A DNA stretch of 64,000 bases. It comes from Candidatus Binataceae bacterium (GTDB lineage Bacteria > Desulfobacterota > Binatia > Binatales > Binataceae). Positions 49,190 to 58,928 of this stretch are shown here, one piece after another; positions within the stretch are counted from its first letter, which is position 1, and every line of letters starts with the position of its first letter. Under the pieces are notes generated by a model that was given only the letters and a program-made list of their open reading frames with translations, did no database searches and was not told the origin of the DNA. Location: the NCBI GenBank assembly GCA_050736615.1, contig JBOHWL010000136.1, positions 16,828 to 80,827 of the forward strand, read 5' to 3'. Both the position numbers and the translations under genes were made by a program.

Positions 49190-50014
49190 GTGCATCCAAT
49201 GTGGGTAATTGACCCCGGATTATTGGTCGCGCTAATCGGGCTGGTGGTGGCTTATGCGGGAGCCTCGTGGCTCCTCGGCAAACAGCCCACATCACACCAG
49301 GCCGGTGCATACATGTTCGGTGTGCTGTCGATCTTTTTCGCGCTTAGCGGGCCGATTGATCAGCTCACCAGCGATCGTTTATTCACCGCCTATATCCTGC
49401 AGCAGATGATCCTGGTGCTCGTGGCGGCGCCCTTCCTGCTGATGGGCTTGCCGGACTGGATGTTGCGGCCGGTCTTTACGAATCGCTGGCTACGGCCATT
49501 CTGGCGCGTGATGACTCGGCCAGTCGTGACCTTCCTGACTTTCTCACTGGTGTTCACGCTGATCCACTATCCGCCGGTATGTGATCGCATCTGTCATCTG
49601 CAACAGTTTTACGCCAGTATCCGCGTGATACTGGTGATTGCCGGCTTGCTGTTGTGGTGGCCGCTATTCAGTCCGCTGGAGGAATTTCCGCCGCTACCGT
49701 ATCCGATGCAGATCATGTATCTGTTCCTGCTTTCCATCCCCATGACTGCCGTCGCCGCGCCGATCACATTGTCCGACAGCGTGGTTTATATGTTCTACCA
49801 GGGCGGAATACATCCGTGGGGATTGACGCCCATAGATGATCAGGTGATGGGCGGATTGCTCATGTGGATTGGCGAAATGTTTTATCTGATGACAGTTTTT
49901 ACGGTGGTTTTCATCAGATGGGCGGAGGCGGACAATGATACGGCACCGCGCCGGAAACAGCGGCAACCGGCCGAGGTTCGCGTCTTGCAACCGCGCGACC
50001 GTCCGGCGGCCTGA
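49190..50014 (+). CDS. ctaG: cytochrome c oxidase caa3-type assembly factor CtaG
   Basis: Polytopic membrane protein following the oxidase genes, Caa3_CtaG-like. GTG 49190 or ATG 49199. Confidence 0.7.
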   Translation: MHPMWVIDPGLLVALIGLVVAYAGASWLLGKQPTSHQAGAYMFGVLSIFFALSGPIDQLTSDRLFTAYILQQMILVLVAAPFLLMGLPDWMLRPVFTNRWLRPFWRVMTRPVVTFLTFSLVFTLIHYPPVCDRICHLQQFYASIRVILVIAGLLLWWPLFSPLEEFPPLPYPMQIMYLFLLSIPMTAVAAPITLSDSVVYMFYQGGIHPWGLTPIDDQVMGGLLMWIGEMFYLMTVFTVVFIRWAEADNDTAPRRKQRQPAEVRVLQPRDRPAA

Positions 50015-50042
50015 CCCAATCCGAAGTTCTCGGTCGCATTTG

Positions 50043-51431
50043 TCAGCTCGCTCCCGATAATGTGCCTGCGGCGGCGGGCGCCCGCCGGTAGGCGTAGCTC
50101 AGGGTCCACAAGATTGTCGCGCTGTAAACAAGTCCGCCGATCGCGACGATAACGGCACCGCTAACGGCGAGCCGCGCTTCACTGGTCGAAAAACCGACAG
50201 CAAGCACGATGAGGCCGGCGTTGAACGCGACGAACACCAGGCGCCGAGCCTGAGTAATTGAAAGCCGCGCCACCGCTATCGCTGGCCATCCCATTGCACC
50301 GCGCGTGCGGGAAACCAAGCCTGGAAAGAGCCGCTGGGACATGCCGATAATGAAGTTACCGATCCAGCCCATCAGGCCAAGCATCCCATAAATAGTGGCA
50401 ATGCGCGCGCCCATCGCGCTCTGCGTTCCGGTCCGCGTCAGCACGATTCCCAGTCCCGCAGCTACCGTCAACCACAGGATTGCCGTGATCATGTGGCGCG
50501 AACTCCAATCCAGCCGCGCGCGGCGAGTCCGCACCATCCGCGCGACTATCAGCGCGTACGCCATCAGCGCGAGCGCAATTATACAGGCCCATGCGGTGAT
50601 GCCGGGGAGACCGGCCAGTAGAGTCACCGCGAGTCCGATAACGCCGAGCGCCAAAGCGTAGATTTGCCACAATGCGGCTTTTGGCAATCGTGTTTCGGGC
50701 AGGATGAAGGCGGGCATCATTCGATACGTAACGGCGCATATGGTTAACGTCACCCATCCCAGCGCGGCGAGATGCGCATGACCGGCCAGATTGGTGATCA
50801 CATCGCCGCCCATGAAGTTCAGAGTTTTGTCGAGTGCCAACGTGAACCCGACACACGCCGCTGCGAACAACATCAGAATAGACAGTGCCATTCCGGTCTC
50901 CGCCACCGCACGCCCGATACGCGACCATAAACACGGCATCAGGTTGGCGGCGAACATTGCGATGCTGATGATCACCACGATTGCGGCGGACCAGGTGCCC
51001 GGCCATATGCCGAGCGCGAAATGGACAATCATGCCGACAGTGCCGAAGACAAAGAGGATCAATTGGAGGAAGGCAATGCGCGGGTAAGGCAGCTCGCGTT
51101 GGGTCAGGGCGGGAACATAGCGATACATCACGCCCATGATCGCCGCGGTAATCCAGCCGAGCGTAAAGGTATGCACCAAGGCCAGAAGATACGGCTGGTA
51201 AAAGTAGGTGACCGCTTCGCCGATCAACAGGGGTGCCGCGATCATTCCGGCGGCGAAAAAAATCGTCGCGACCATCAAGAAATCGACTGAAATGCGCGCG
51301 GCCGGATTTCGCCGCAAAGCGGATTCGAACGCGACTGGCGCGACGTTGTGTCCCGAAGAAACCATCCGATGATTGCCGTTGGCCAGTTTATCGAGTTCGC
51401 CATGATAAAGATCAATCGTGGATAAATTCAA
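50043..51431 (-). CDS. polytopic membrane protein of unknown function (about 12 TM)
   Basis: 462 aa, hydrophobic throughout. No motif I can assign. Convergent with ctaG. Confidence 0.5.
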   Translation of the reverse strand: MNLSTIDLYHGELDKLANGNHRMVSSGHNVAPVAFESALRRNPAARISVDFLMVATIFFAAGMIAAPLLIGEAVTYFYQPYLLALVHTFTLGWITAAIMGVMYRYVPALTQRELPYPRIAFLQLILFVFGTVGMIVHFALGIWPGTWSAAIVVIISIAMFAANLMPCLWSRIGRAVAETGMALSILMLFAAACVGFTLALDKTLNFMGGDVITNLAGHAHLAALGWVTLTICAVTYRMMPAFILPETRLPKAALWQIYALALGVIGLAVTLLAGLPGITAWACIIALALMAYALIVARMVRTRRARLDWSSRHMITAILWLTVAAGLGIVLTRTGTQSAMGARIATIYGMLGLMGWIGNFIIGMSQRLFPGLVSRTRGAMGWPAIAVARLSITQARRLVFVAFNAGLIVLAVGFSTSEARLAVSGAVIVAIGGLVYSATILWTLSYAYRRAPAAAGTLSGAS

Positions 51432-51705
51432 TCAACCAGCCGCAGCTCCGAGGATGACGCCGCTTGGGTCCGCAGTCATAAAGCCCAGTGGACCTCGGGC
51501 ATAAGAGCAGCTTGAATCAATCGCGACATGCACTTATCCTTGCGCCGCTATTCGAGAAAGCCTATTTAGAGATTGGATTCGACGGCAACGGCCTTGGCTT
51601 CCTGACGAGAGCCTCAGCGTCGGATAACCCGCTTGTTCGGGACGTTTATCCGTCTTTCCCCCGTCGGGATCTCTTTGGGCGGACCAAGCGCAAAAGGGAG
51701 ACGTT

Positions 51706-52725
51706 ATGCGTCACGCACATGCGCGGATGGTTCTCGACGGCGCGGTGGCGGGTCTGATTGGCGCGTTAGTAATCGCGCTCTGGTTTTTGGTTTTTGATGC
51801 GGCGCGCGGCTTACCGCTGGAAACGCCGGCGCTGCTAGCCGCCGCCTTGCTCCATGGCGCCAGCCCAACCGTGCTGAACCACGCGGCATGGACGCTGGTA
51901 GCGGAATACACGGTGGTGCATTTCGCGGTATTCGCCGGCATTGGCATTGTCGGTGCGTTGTTGATGGCGGCGGCGGAGCGTAACAAGGAACTATTCGGCG
52001 CGCTTTTTGTCTTCGTCGTCGCCTTCGAAATTTTCTTTATCGCCGTGGTGATGCTGGCCGGACCGGCGGCCCGTGCCTCGTTGCCGTGGTGGAAGGTCAT
52101 CATCGGCAATCTGATGGCGACGGCGGCGATGCTGGCGTACTTCTTTTGGCGTCAGCCGCGGCTTGCTCAAAATCTATTGGGCCCGTGGACGGACGTGGTG
52201 GTCGAAGGCATCATCTCGGGGATTCTCGGCGGGGTGATCATCGCGGTGTGGTTCCTCATCGTCGATGCCGCCGCCGGTCAACCGTTTCATACGCCCGCGA
52301 TGCTGGGCGCGGTCATCTTTCAGGCGGTGGGCATTCCGGAGACTGGCACTGTCACGGTTGCCCTAGTGCTAGGATACACCGCCGTGCATTTCTTCGCCTT
52401 CATTTTGTTCGGTATAGCCGCATCGGTGACGATGGCCGCCTCCGAACATGAACCGCTGCTCGCGCTGGGCGTGCTGGTACTGTTCGTATGGTTCGAGTTG
52501 TGCTTCGTCGGCTTCGTGACGTTTCTCGACCAGACGGCGGTCACTCAACTCGGATGGTGGAAGCTGATCGTCGGCAATGTCGCCGCGCTGGCCGCGATCA
52601 TCGCCTATTATGAGCATGGCCATCCGCGTATCGTGCCGCGCATTGCCGAGCGCTGGAATCGGCTGGAGAGCGAAGGTCGGCGGCCGCCGCGTCCGGTCCG
52701 GCGCACAATCCGCCGCGTTGTCTAA
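51706..52725 (+). CDS. membrane protein with internal tandem duplication (2 x ~150 aa, about 4 TM each)
   Basis: First half VLDGAVAGLIGALVIALWFLVFDAARGLPLETPALLAAALL...WWKVIIGNLMATAAMLAYFF. Second half VVEGIISGILGGVIIAVWFLIVDAAAGQPFHTPAMLGAVIF...WWKLIVGNVAALAAIIAYY. Confidence 0.5.
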   Translation: MRHAHARMVLDGAVAGLIGALVIALWFLVFDAARGLPLETPALLAAALLHGASPTVLNHAAWTLVAEYTVVHFAVFAGIGIVGALLMAAAERNKELFGALFVFVVAFEIFFIAVVMLAGPAARASLPWWKVIIGNLMATAAMLAYFFWRQPRLAQNLLGPWTDVVVEGIISGILGGVIIAVWFLIVDAAAGQPFHTPAMLGAVIFQAVGIPETGTVTVALVLGYTAVHFFAFILFGIAASVTMAASEHEPLLALGVLVLFVWFELCFVGFVTFLDQTAVTQLGWWKLIVGNVAALAAIIAYYEHGHPRIVPRIAERWNRLESEGRRPPRPVRRTIRRVV

Positions 52726-52961
52726 AGGCGTCATCTGCGCGGGCTGGCTGGTGTGCGCCGGCCACATCTTCGCTCAGTGATATTTGTGCCTACGCGTCGC
52801 GCCAGGCGGATCTGCGTTCGTCCTCGTGGGGATCAGTCCCAGCCTCGGCTCGCGCACGGCGTCTGAACAAGGAACTCACCATTCTTTATTCTGATGCACT
52901 GTCACATATGCCCAGCCGAAACAGCCCGCGACAATGTGGGGCTGACTCGCATCCCTGTGAG

Positions 52962-53789
52962 TTAGCCGCCGGACTTCGCTGGCCTGCCAATAAGTTCGTT
53001 GAGCATTTCGAGCGGACTGGCGGTGGCGAACTGTTCGCGTACCAATTCGGGCGTATTAGTCGCCGCCTTGTCGAGTTCGACCAGTTCCGGCGGTACGTAC
53101 CAGTGCAGCCGGTCCGAATGATAGGCCTCCCACGCCACTTTGGCGACTTCGAGTGCTGGAATCGGACGGAATAGCCCCTCCTTCGAAGCCCGCTCAATCA
53201 CCGGGCGCGGCACCAACGGTGTATCGATGAGGCCAGGCAGAACGTCGGCGGCGCGCACGCCATAACGGCGGAATTCGACTGCGAGCGCCTCGGTCAGACC
53301 CTTCACGGCATGCTTGGTGGCCGAATAGACGGCAATGCCCGGCATGCCGTAGGTAGCCGACGAGGACGAGGTGGTAAAACACAATGAACCGGGCGTCGCC
53401 TTGAGCAAGCCAATCGCCGAATGGATCCCATTCAGTACGCCAATGAAATTGACTTGCACCACGCGCAGGCTTTCGGCAAACGGCACCTGGTCGAAAAGGC
53501 CGCCCGCGCCGATGCCGGCGTTATTGTACAGCATGTCCATGTGCCCATTGGTCGCCGTGCCGAATTCGGCGATCGCGCGTTCGTAATCAGGCTTATCGGT
53601 AACGTCGAGGCGGCGGATAACACAGTTGGCGCCGCCCAGCTCAATCTCAAGGGTGTTGAGGCCGTCCAGGTTGAGGTCGTAACCGCCGACGAACCATTCC
53701 TTGCTCTGGAACAGTTTGGCCGCCTCGCGCCCCATTCCCGAGGCGGCGCCGGTGATAAAGATGGACTTCCGTCCGTTCGCGGATCCCAT
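52962..53789 (-). CDS. SDR-family oxidoreductase
   Basis: IFITGAASGMGREAA (TGxxxGxG), NNAG, catalytic YSATK. Confidence 0.8.
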   Translation of the reverse strand: MGSANGRKSIFITGAASGMGREAAKLFQSKEWFVGGYDLNLDGLNTLEIELGGANCVIRRLDVTDKPDYERAIAEFGTATNGHMDMLYNNAGIGAGGLFDQVPFAESLRVVQVNFIGVLNGIHSAIGLLKATPGSLCFTTSSSSATYGMPGIAVYSATKHAVKGLTEALAVEFRRYGVRAADVLPGLIDTPLVPRPVIERASKEGLFRPIPALEVAKVAWEAYHSDRLHWYVPPELVELDKAATNTPELVREQFATASPLEMLNELIGRPAKSGG

Positions 53790-53857
53790 GCTACCTCGCT
53801 CGTGATGTCAGCGCGCCCGCCATCCAGCGGGCGCTAAGAAGACCGTCCGCGCATTTA

Positions 53858-54316
53858 TTAAGCGGCGGACTTTTTCGCTTGATCATAAGCCGCTTGGATG
53901 CGCCGCAGTTCCTCCCAGCCCAGGTATGAGGTGAAACTGTTCTCGTTGAAGAACAGCACCGGGCCGTTACAGATGAAGATGTAGTCGGTATCTTCCAGCG
54001 CGGTGGTGGCGCCATGCACCATGCCGGTGGCTTCGTAAACGTAATCGCCGGTCTGCAGGATTCCGGTACGCACCTGCAGCTTGCCGCGGATGATGAAGGT
54101 GTGGGAGGCGGTCAGATGTTTATGCGGTGGCGCCACGTAGCCTTTGAGCCAGCGAAACAGCACGGCCCATGTGCCGGATTCAGCGCCGGTCCATAGAATT
54201 TTCATGAAGGCGCGCTCAGGGTCGTCCTGTGAGGGAATCCAATCCATTTCAGACGAGCGCACCAAGGTATCCATCAACTGGCTGTTGAACGGGTTGATAT
54301 CCTGCGGGAGCGCCAT
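53858..54316 (-). CDS. cupin-domain protein
   Basis: PPHKHLTASHTFIIRGKL...GMVHG is a two-motif cupin signature. Confidence 0.6.
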   Translation of the reverse strand: MALPQDINPFNSQLMDTLVRSSEMDWIPSQDDPERAFMKILWTGAESGTWAVLFRWLKGYVAPPHKHLTASHTFIIRGKLQVRTGILQTGDYVYEATGMVHGATTALEDTDYIFICNGPVLFFNENSFTSYLGWEELRRIQAAYDQAKKSAA

Positions 54317-54729
54317 GGCGTTTCTCCTCCTGCCTGTTCCTTAGCGTGAGCCCACCCGCTGATCAATCGAATTCTACCGCAAGTCGTCTCCCGCCGTCCC
54401 GGCGGCATCACAGTCGCCGCCTCGGTCCCTTCCGATATCGCCGACAATCCGGATGCTTGCAATCCGGGGGTGACGGCCCGCCTGAACCGCCTGTTAGAAC
54501 TTGTCCGGATGCTTGCTATAGCACGAAAGGTTTGTCAGCGACAGATAAATGTGACTTAAACATTCCAGATGATGCTTGAATCCTGTTATCGAATACTGTA
54601 CTTCCAGACTTCGCGCGGGCTGCGAGCTTGGCCGCGCAAGCCACCTTATTTGATTCGGTACGAGGCGATCGGTGATTTACAGCTGTTTTGGTTGATTGAT
54701 TTGACAATCCAAGCGCGAGGCGACAGGCG

Positions 54730-56220
54730 ATGAATCAGGTGAACCGGCAGCCGGGCGGCCGCATGTTGCGCAGCCAGACGCTTAAGCTGACCTATGTGTT
54801 TCCGATTGTTCTGCAATGGCGGCAATTAGCCAAGAAGGGCTTTCTGATCCCGGCTGCACTGACCGTCCTGGTTTCAACCTCATTGGGACTGCTCAGCGCT
54901 GGGCCGTTCGATTACTTCGCGTGGGCCTTCGCCTTTTACTGTGCGGTTGGGTTCTTGTACCTGGTCTATCGTCTTTGCGGCAAACGCAAATCATGGCTGG
55001 TGTTGTTGAGCGCAATGGGTTTGGGGGTTTTGTGTTTGTATCCGCCCAATTATTGCGTATGGCATGTGTTGCACGTGTTTTTTGCCAATTTCGTCGGTGG
55101 CATTTTCTTTTCGAAAGGACCACCGGCCGATGTTTTGGGTCAATTCTTCTACAATTTCGTGACTATCGGGCTGGTTGAAGAAGGGACTAAATTTGTCCCG
55201 GTACTGCTCTTCTTCTGGCTCGCCTACCGCTTCTCACCGCCATGGCGGGAGCAAATCGGCGTCTTCGAGCCGCTGGACGGGCTGCTGGTGGGAGCTGCCT
55301 CGGGTGGCGGCTTTGCCCTCTACGAGACCGTCCATCAATACATTCCGAAAACGCTGGCGATGTCGATGCGAGTGGATGCTTTCAACGCGCTCGTAAAAAA
55401 ACTTTTGCCGAGTAATCCGCAGCTTGCGCGCCTGCCGCCGCATCAGCTCGTCGATGTCATAACTGACCAAATCGCGGCCACTTTTTCGATGCAGCAGATT
55501 ATCGACAAGTTTCAGATCAATGGCGCGCACGCGATGCAGGTGCTTATCTATCGCTCCTTGAATGACTTGGCGGGCCATATGGCGTGGGCGGCGTTACTTG
55601 GCTACGCACTTGGCCTTGCGATACTCAAGCCGAAGAAAGGCTGGATTGCCATCCCGATTGCCTATTGCCTGGTTGCGGCGCTCCACGCCGTGTGGGATCT
55701 GGATTCTCCCGCCAACATCACTGCGGTGATTTCGGGCCTGGCTTCCTACTCTCTGCTGGCCGCCGCTATTCTTCAGGCCCGGCAATTGTCGCCCAATCGC
55801 GAGTTCAATTTCGCGACACAAACCCTCGAACGTCCGAAAACTCCGCTGCCACAAAGAGCAAATTCCAGTCAGAGCGCCGCCACTATTAACGCACAACCAG
55901 CCGCCAAGCCGCGAGTTAATTACAACCGCCCCGCGGGCTACGCGCTGGTCCTGGGCGCGCGTTCGATGTCGCTTGAGGTCGGGACCAAAATCAGATTGCA
56001 GGAAATTCCCGGATTAAAAGCGTTTTCTGCCGATATTGTCGCGGAAGTTCGCAACAGCCCCAACGATGTCTCGATTCTCGGGCTCAAGAATCTGTCGACC
56101 ACGAGTTGGAGAGCGTACACGCCTGACGGCCAGCATCGGGAATTAGAGCCCGGTCGTACGCTTCGGCTCGCGCGCGGCGTCGAGATTGATTTCGGCTCGG
56201 TGCGAGGGCAAATCCGATGA
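54730..56220 (+). CDS. PrsW-family intramembrane metalloprotease with C-terminal FHA-like cytoplasmic extension
   Basis: Multi-TM N-terminus with PrsW motifs EExxK (GLVEEGTKF), G-G-F-A-x-x-E (GGGFALYET) and HAxWD (AALHAVWDLD). The C-terminal ~100 aa (GARSMSLEVGTKIRL...STTSWRAYTPDG...LEPGRTLRLARGVEIDFG) has an FHA-like pattern. Confidence 0.65.
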   Translation: MNQVNRQPGGRMLRSQTLKLTYVFPIVLQWRQLAKKGFLIPAALTVLVSTSLGLLSAGPFDYFAWAFAFYCAVGFLYLVYRLCGKRKSWLVLLSAMGLGVLCLYPPNYCVWHVLHVFFANFVGGIFFSKGPPADVLGQFFYNFVTIGLVEEGTKFVPVLLFFWLAYRFSPPWREQIGVFEPLDGLLVGAASGGGFALYETVHQYIPKTLAMSMRVDAFNALVKKLLPSNPQLARLPPHQLVDVITDQIAATFSMQQIIDKFQINGAHAMQVLIYRSLNDLAGHMAWAALLGYALGLAILKPKKGWIAIPIAYCLVAALHAVWDLDSPANITAVISGLASYSLLAAAILQARQLSPNREFNFATQTLERPKTPLPQRANSSQSAATINAQPAAKPRVNYNRPAGYALVLGARSMSLEVGTKIRLQEIPGLKAFSADIVAEVRNSPNDVSILGLKNLSTTSWRAYTPDGQHRELEPGRTLRLARGVEIDFGSVRGQIR

Positions 56221-57482
56221 CGGATTCCGATACCAAGCCGCCGCCAACAGCCGGCGAGACGTCGAATTTTGCTGCTGAAGCTGCGATTGGCAGTGGGGCA
56301 GGGCATATAGATGAGGCTCAAGATCTGGCGGCGGCTCCAAATGAAGCTATCGCTGTTGGCGAGTGGCGGATGGCGGCTCATTCCATCCGTGGCGCCGCGC
56401 ATTTCAAGGCGCAGTTGCCCAACCAGGATGCCGTCCAATGCTGGCCGCCGGATTCAAATGGCAAGCCGCCATTGATCCTTGCGGTTTCCGACGGACATGG
56501 CTCGGCGCGCCATTTCCGCAGCGCACGCGGCGCCGCGCTCGCGGTTGAAGCCGCGATTGCGACTTTGCGCGAATTCAATCAACCATCCATCGGCCAGGAC
56601 CGTGAGCAAATGCAAACCGCGCTGGACGCGATGCCCTCAGACTTGGTTGGGAGATGGCGTGCGGCGGTTGCCGCCGAGCTGGACACTGATCCTCTTGATA
56701 TAGCCGAACTGGCCAAGGTTGAAGCCGCCGAAGGCCAGGCTTCGCGGCAATCGGTGGAGGCCGATCCCGTTCTCGCTTACGGCGCCACGGTTATCGCCAC
56801 GCTGGTGGGCGACGGCTTCATCTTATTTTTGCAGCTCGGCGATGGCGACGTGCTGTGCGTTGACGCCGCGGGCAAGACCAGCCGCCTGGGATTGCGTGAC
56901 CTACGCCTGACCGGCAACTACTCGACTTCGTTATGCCAGGCGAAGGCGCCCGAGTGGATGCGCACGCATCTGATGACGCAAGCGGACGAATGGCCGGCGC
57001 TTATTCTGATGTCCAGTGACGGCTATGCGAATTCGTTTGTTTCTGAAGATGATTTTCTGCAGACCGGCCATGACTATTTCGAGATGATTCGCACGCGCGG
57101 TTTGCGCGCGGTCGCAGCGGAATTGCCCCAAATTCTTGAGCACGCCTCCGAAAACGGCAACGGTGACGACATTTCGCTTGGCATTCTAAGCCGCATGGGA
57201 GAGAACGTTGACGCCTGCGCGACGACGGTGGCCGATCCGCAAATCGCACGTTCACTCGAAGCGCGCTTGAAACGGCCCGCACACAATTGGCGGGTGCTTT
57301 TTGCCCTAATCGTGATGGTAATGGTGCTGACGGGGCTGGCCTTTTTGCGTCCGCGGATCAGCGTGCGAACTCTCGAATGGTGGCATCACCCTCCAAAGAC
57401 AGCGCCAGCAGCCGGCGCGCACCTGTCGCAGAGATTGCCGCCAGGGAATCTTCAAGCGCATTTGGTCATTCCGCAGGCGTAA
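56217..57482 (+). CDS. PP2C-family Ser/Thr protein phosphatase with C-terminal TM anchor
   Basis: Start overlaps the upstream stop (ATGA). PP2C_2-type motifs: NQDAVQ, LAVSDGHGSARH, ATLVGDGFILFLQLGDGD, LILMSSDGYAN. C-terminal helix WRVLFALIVMVMVLTGLAFL. Confidence 0.75.
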   Translation: MTDSDTKPPPTAGETSNFAAEAAIGSGAGHIDEAQDLAAAPNEAIAVGEWRMAAHSIRGAAHFKAQLPNQDAVQCWPPDSNGKPPLILAVSDGHGSARHFRSARGAALAVEAAIATLREFNQPSIGQDREQMQTALDAMPSDLVGRWRAAVAAELDTDPLDIAELAKVEAAEGQASRQSVEADPVLAYGATVIATLVGDGFILFLQLGDGDVLCVDAAGKTSRLGLRDLRLTGNYSTSLCQAKAPEWMRTHLMTQADEWPALILMSSDGYANSFVSEDDFLQTGHDYFEMIRTRGLRAVAAELPQILEHASENGNGDDISLGILSRMGENVDACATTVADPQIARSLEARLKRPAHNWRVLFALIVMVMVLTGLAFLRPRISVRTLEWWHHPPKTAPAAGAHLSQRLPPGNLQAHLVIPQA

Positions 57483-57513
57483 CCAACAACTTTCGCTTGG
57501 TCATCGAATCAGG

Positions 57514-58782
57514 GTGGCGGAGATGGACTGGTCAACGATCAATCGGCATGAGGTGGCGCGCAAATCACTGGCTGGATTGATTGGCGGGCTTTTGGCCTGG
57601 GTGCCGGTCGAGTTATGGTTTGCGGCTTATCCGGACGGGTTGCTGCGTGCGGGTACGAATAGTGCCTCCTTCTATTATCTCGCGGAAATGTTCTTCCCAG
57701 CCTTTGTCGGTTTGCTGATTAACGCGACCGACGTCCAGGATTTCACCAGCGCCCGAGCCAAACGCTTTTTGCTGGTCACTTTTATCGCCTGTTTCGCCCT
57801 CGGGCTGCCCGCCGCCTACTATTCGCAGGCGCTGTTCACCGGCATGACGACTAATGCGCAGACCTTCAGGTCGGAAGGCATCGCCTTTCGCATGTTAAGC
57901 CGCGGCATATCATTTATAGTTTTCGGATTGGTGGCGGGCGCGGGCGTCGGGCTTGCCACCGGCGCGGTCACAAATCTGATCAAAGGCGCGATTGGAGGAG
58001 CTATCGGAGGCTTCTTCGGCGGGCTGCTGTTCGATCCGATCTTCGCGCTGACTTCGATCGGCCCGCTGAGCCGAATAATCACGTCGGGCGAAGAAGGTCT
58101 CCTGATCGGCCTGATGATCGGGCTGGTGCAGGACCTGACCAAGAGTGCGTGGCTGACGGTCGAGGCTGGCCGCTTGCGCAATCGCCAATTCCGCCTCGAG
58201 AAGCCGGTTACCGCACTGGGCCGCGCCGAAGAATGTGATGTCGGCTTATTTGGCGACGCGGGGGTCGAGGCCCGTCATGCCGTGATCGAACGCCAGGGCG
58301 ACGAATTCGTGCTCAACGCCCTCGGCCATCCGGTGACGGTTAACGGCCGCACCGCGCATGGAGCCAGACTGCGCGGCGGCGACCGGATCGGAATTGGTAA
58401 TTACGAGCTCAGTTTCAATTTGCGTGAAGTCGCCGCTCCGGCGCATCGCGGGAACGAAGTGCCAACGCCGGGGCCGATAGCAGCTTACCCGCGTTTCATC
58501 GACGCCAACGGCCGCGAGCTGGCGTTGCGCATCGACGCGAACACCAGGATGGGGCGTTCAAGTGACAACGATATTGTAATTGCCGATAGTTCCGTCTCGC
58601 GCCATCACGCGTCCATTTTCCCGTATGAGGGCGGCTACTTCATCAATGATCAAGAAAGCCAGAACGGCCTTTATTTGAACGGGCGGCGAATTTTTGTTGA
58701 GACAGACGGATCTCCCGGGCACCAGCTCGGCGACGGCGACGTGGTGCGACTCGGCGATGTGCAACTCACCTTCCGGCTCTAG
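57514..58782 (+). CDS. membrane protein with N-terminal 4-5 TM domain (glycine-zipper) and two C-terminal FHA domains
   Basis: FHA1: ALGRAEECDVGLFGDAGVEARHAVIERQGDEFVLNALGHPVTVNG...GDRIGIGNYELSF. FHA2: RMGRSSDNDIVIADSSVSRHHASIFPYEGGYFINDQESQNGLYLNG...GDVVRLGDVQLTF. Confidence 0.75.
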   Translation: MAEMDWSTINRHEVARKSLAGLIGGLLAWVPVELWFAAYPDGLLRAGTNSASFYYLAEMFFPAFVGLLINATDVQDFTSARAKRFLLVTFIACFALGLPAAYYSQALFTGMTTNAQTFRSEGIAFRMLSRGISFIVFGLVAGAGVGLATGAVTNLIKGAIGGAIGGFFGGLLFDPIFALTSIGPLSRIITSGEEGLLIGLMIGLVQDLTKSAWLTVEAGRLRNRQFRLEKPVTALGRAEECDVGLFGDAGVEARHAVIERQGDEFVLNALGHPVTVNGRTAHGARLRGGDRIGIGNYELSFNLREVAAPAHRGNEVPTPGPIAAYPRFIDANGRELALRIDANTRMGRSSDNDIVIADSSVSRHHASIFPYEGGYFINDQESQNGLYLNGRRIFVETDGSPGHQLGDGDVVRLGDVQLTFRL

Positions 58783-58928
58783 GCTTATGCGACGCGAGGG
58801 GGTTCCGCAATGCGAAGCGGAGTCGCATAGATTTAGAATGTTCGCCGACCCACAGCACCATGATCAGCGAGAAAGTTGCGCAGGTTCGCATCATTGCTGA
58901 CTTGCACTAAGTAACGGGGGGAAGCGAG

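Noticed and set aside
51280-51340. tRNA-like GGATTCGAAC (reverse-complement of a T-loop GTTCGAATCC)
   Set aside because: No acceptor, D-arm or anticodon stem could be folded around it. It lies inside a well-supported membrane-protein CDS.
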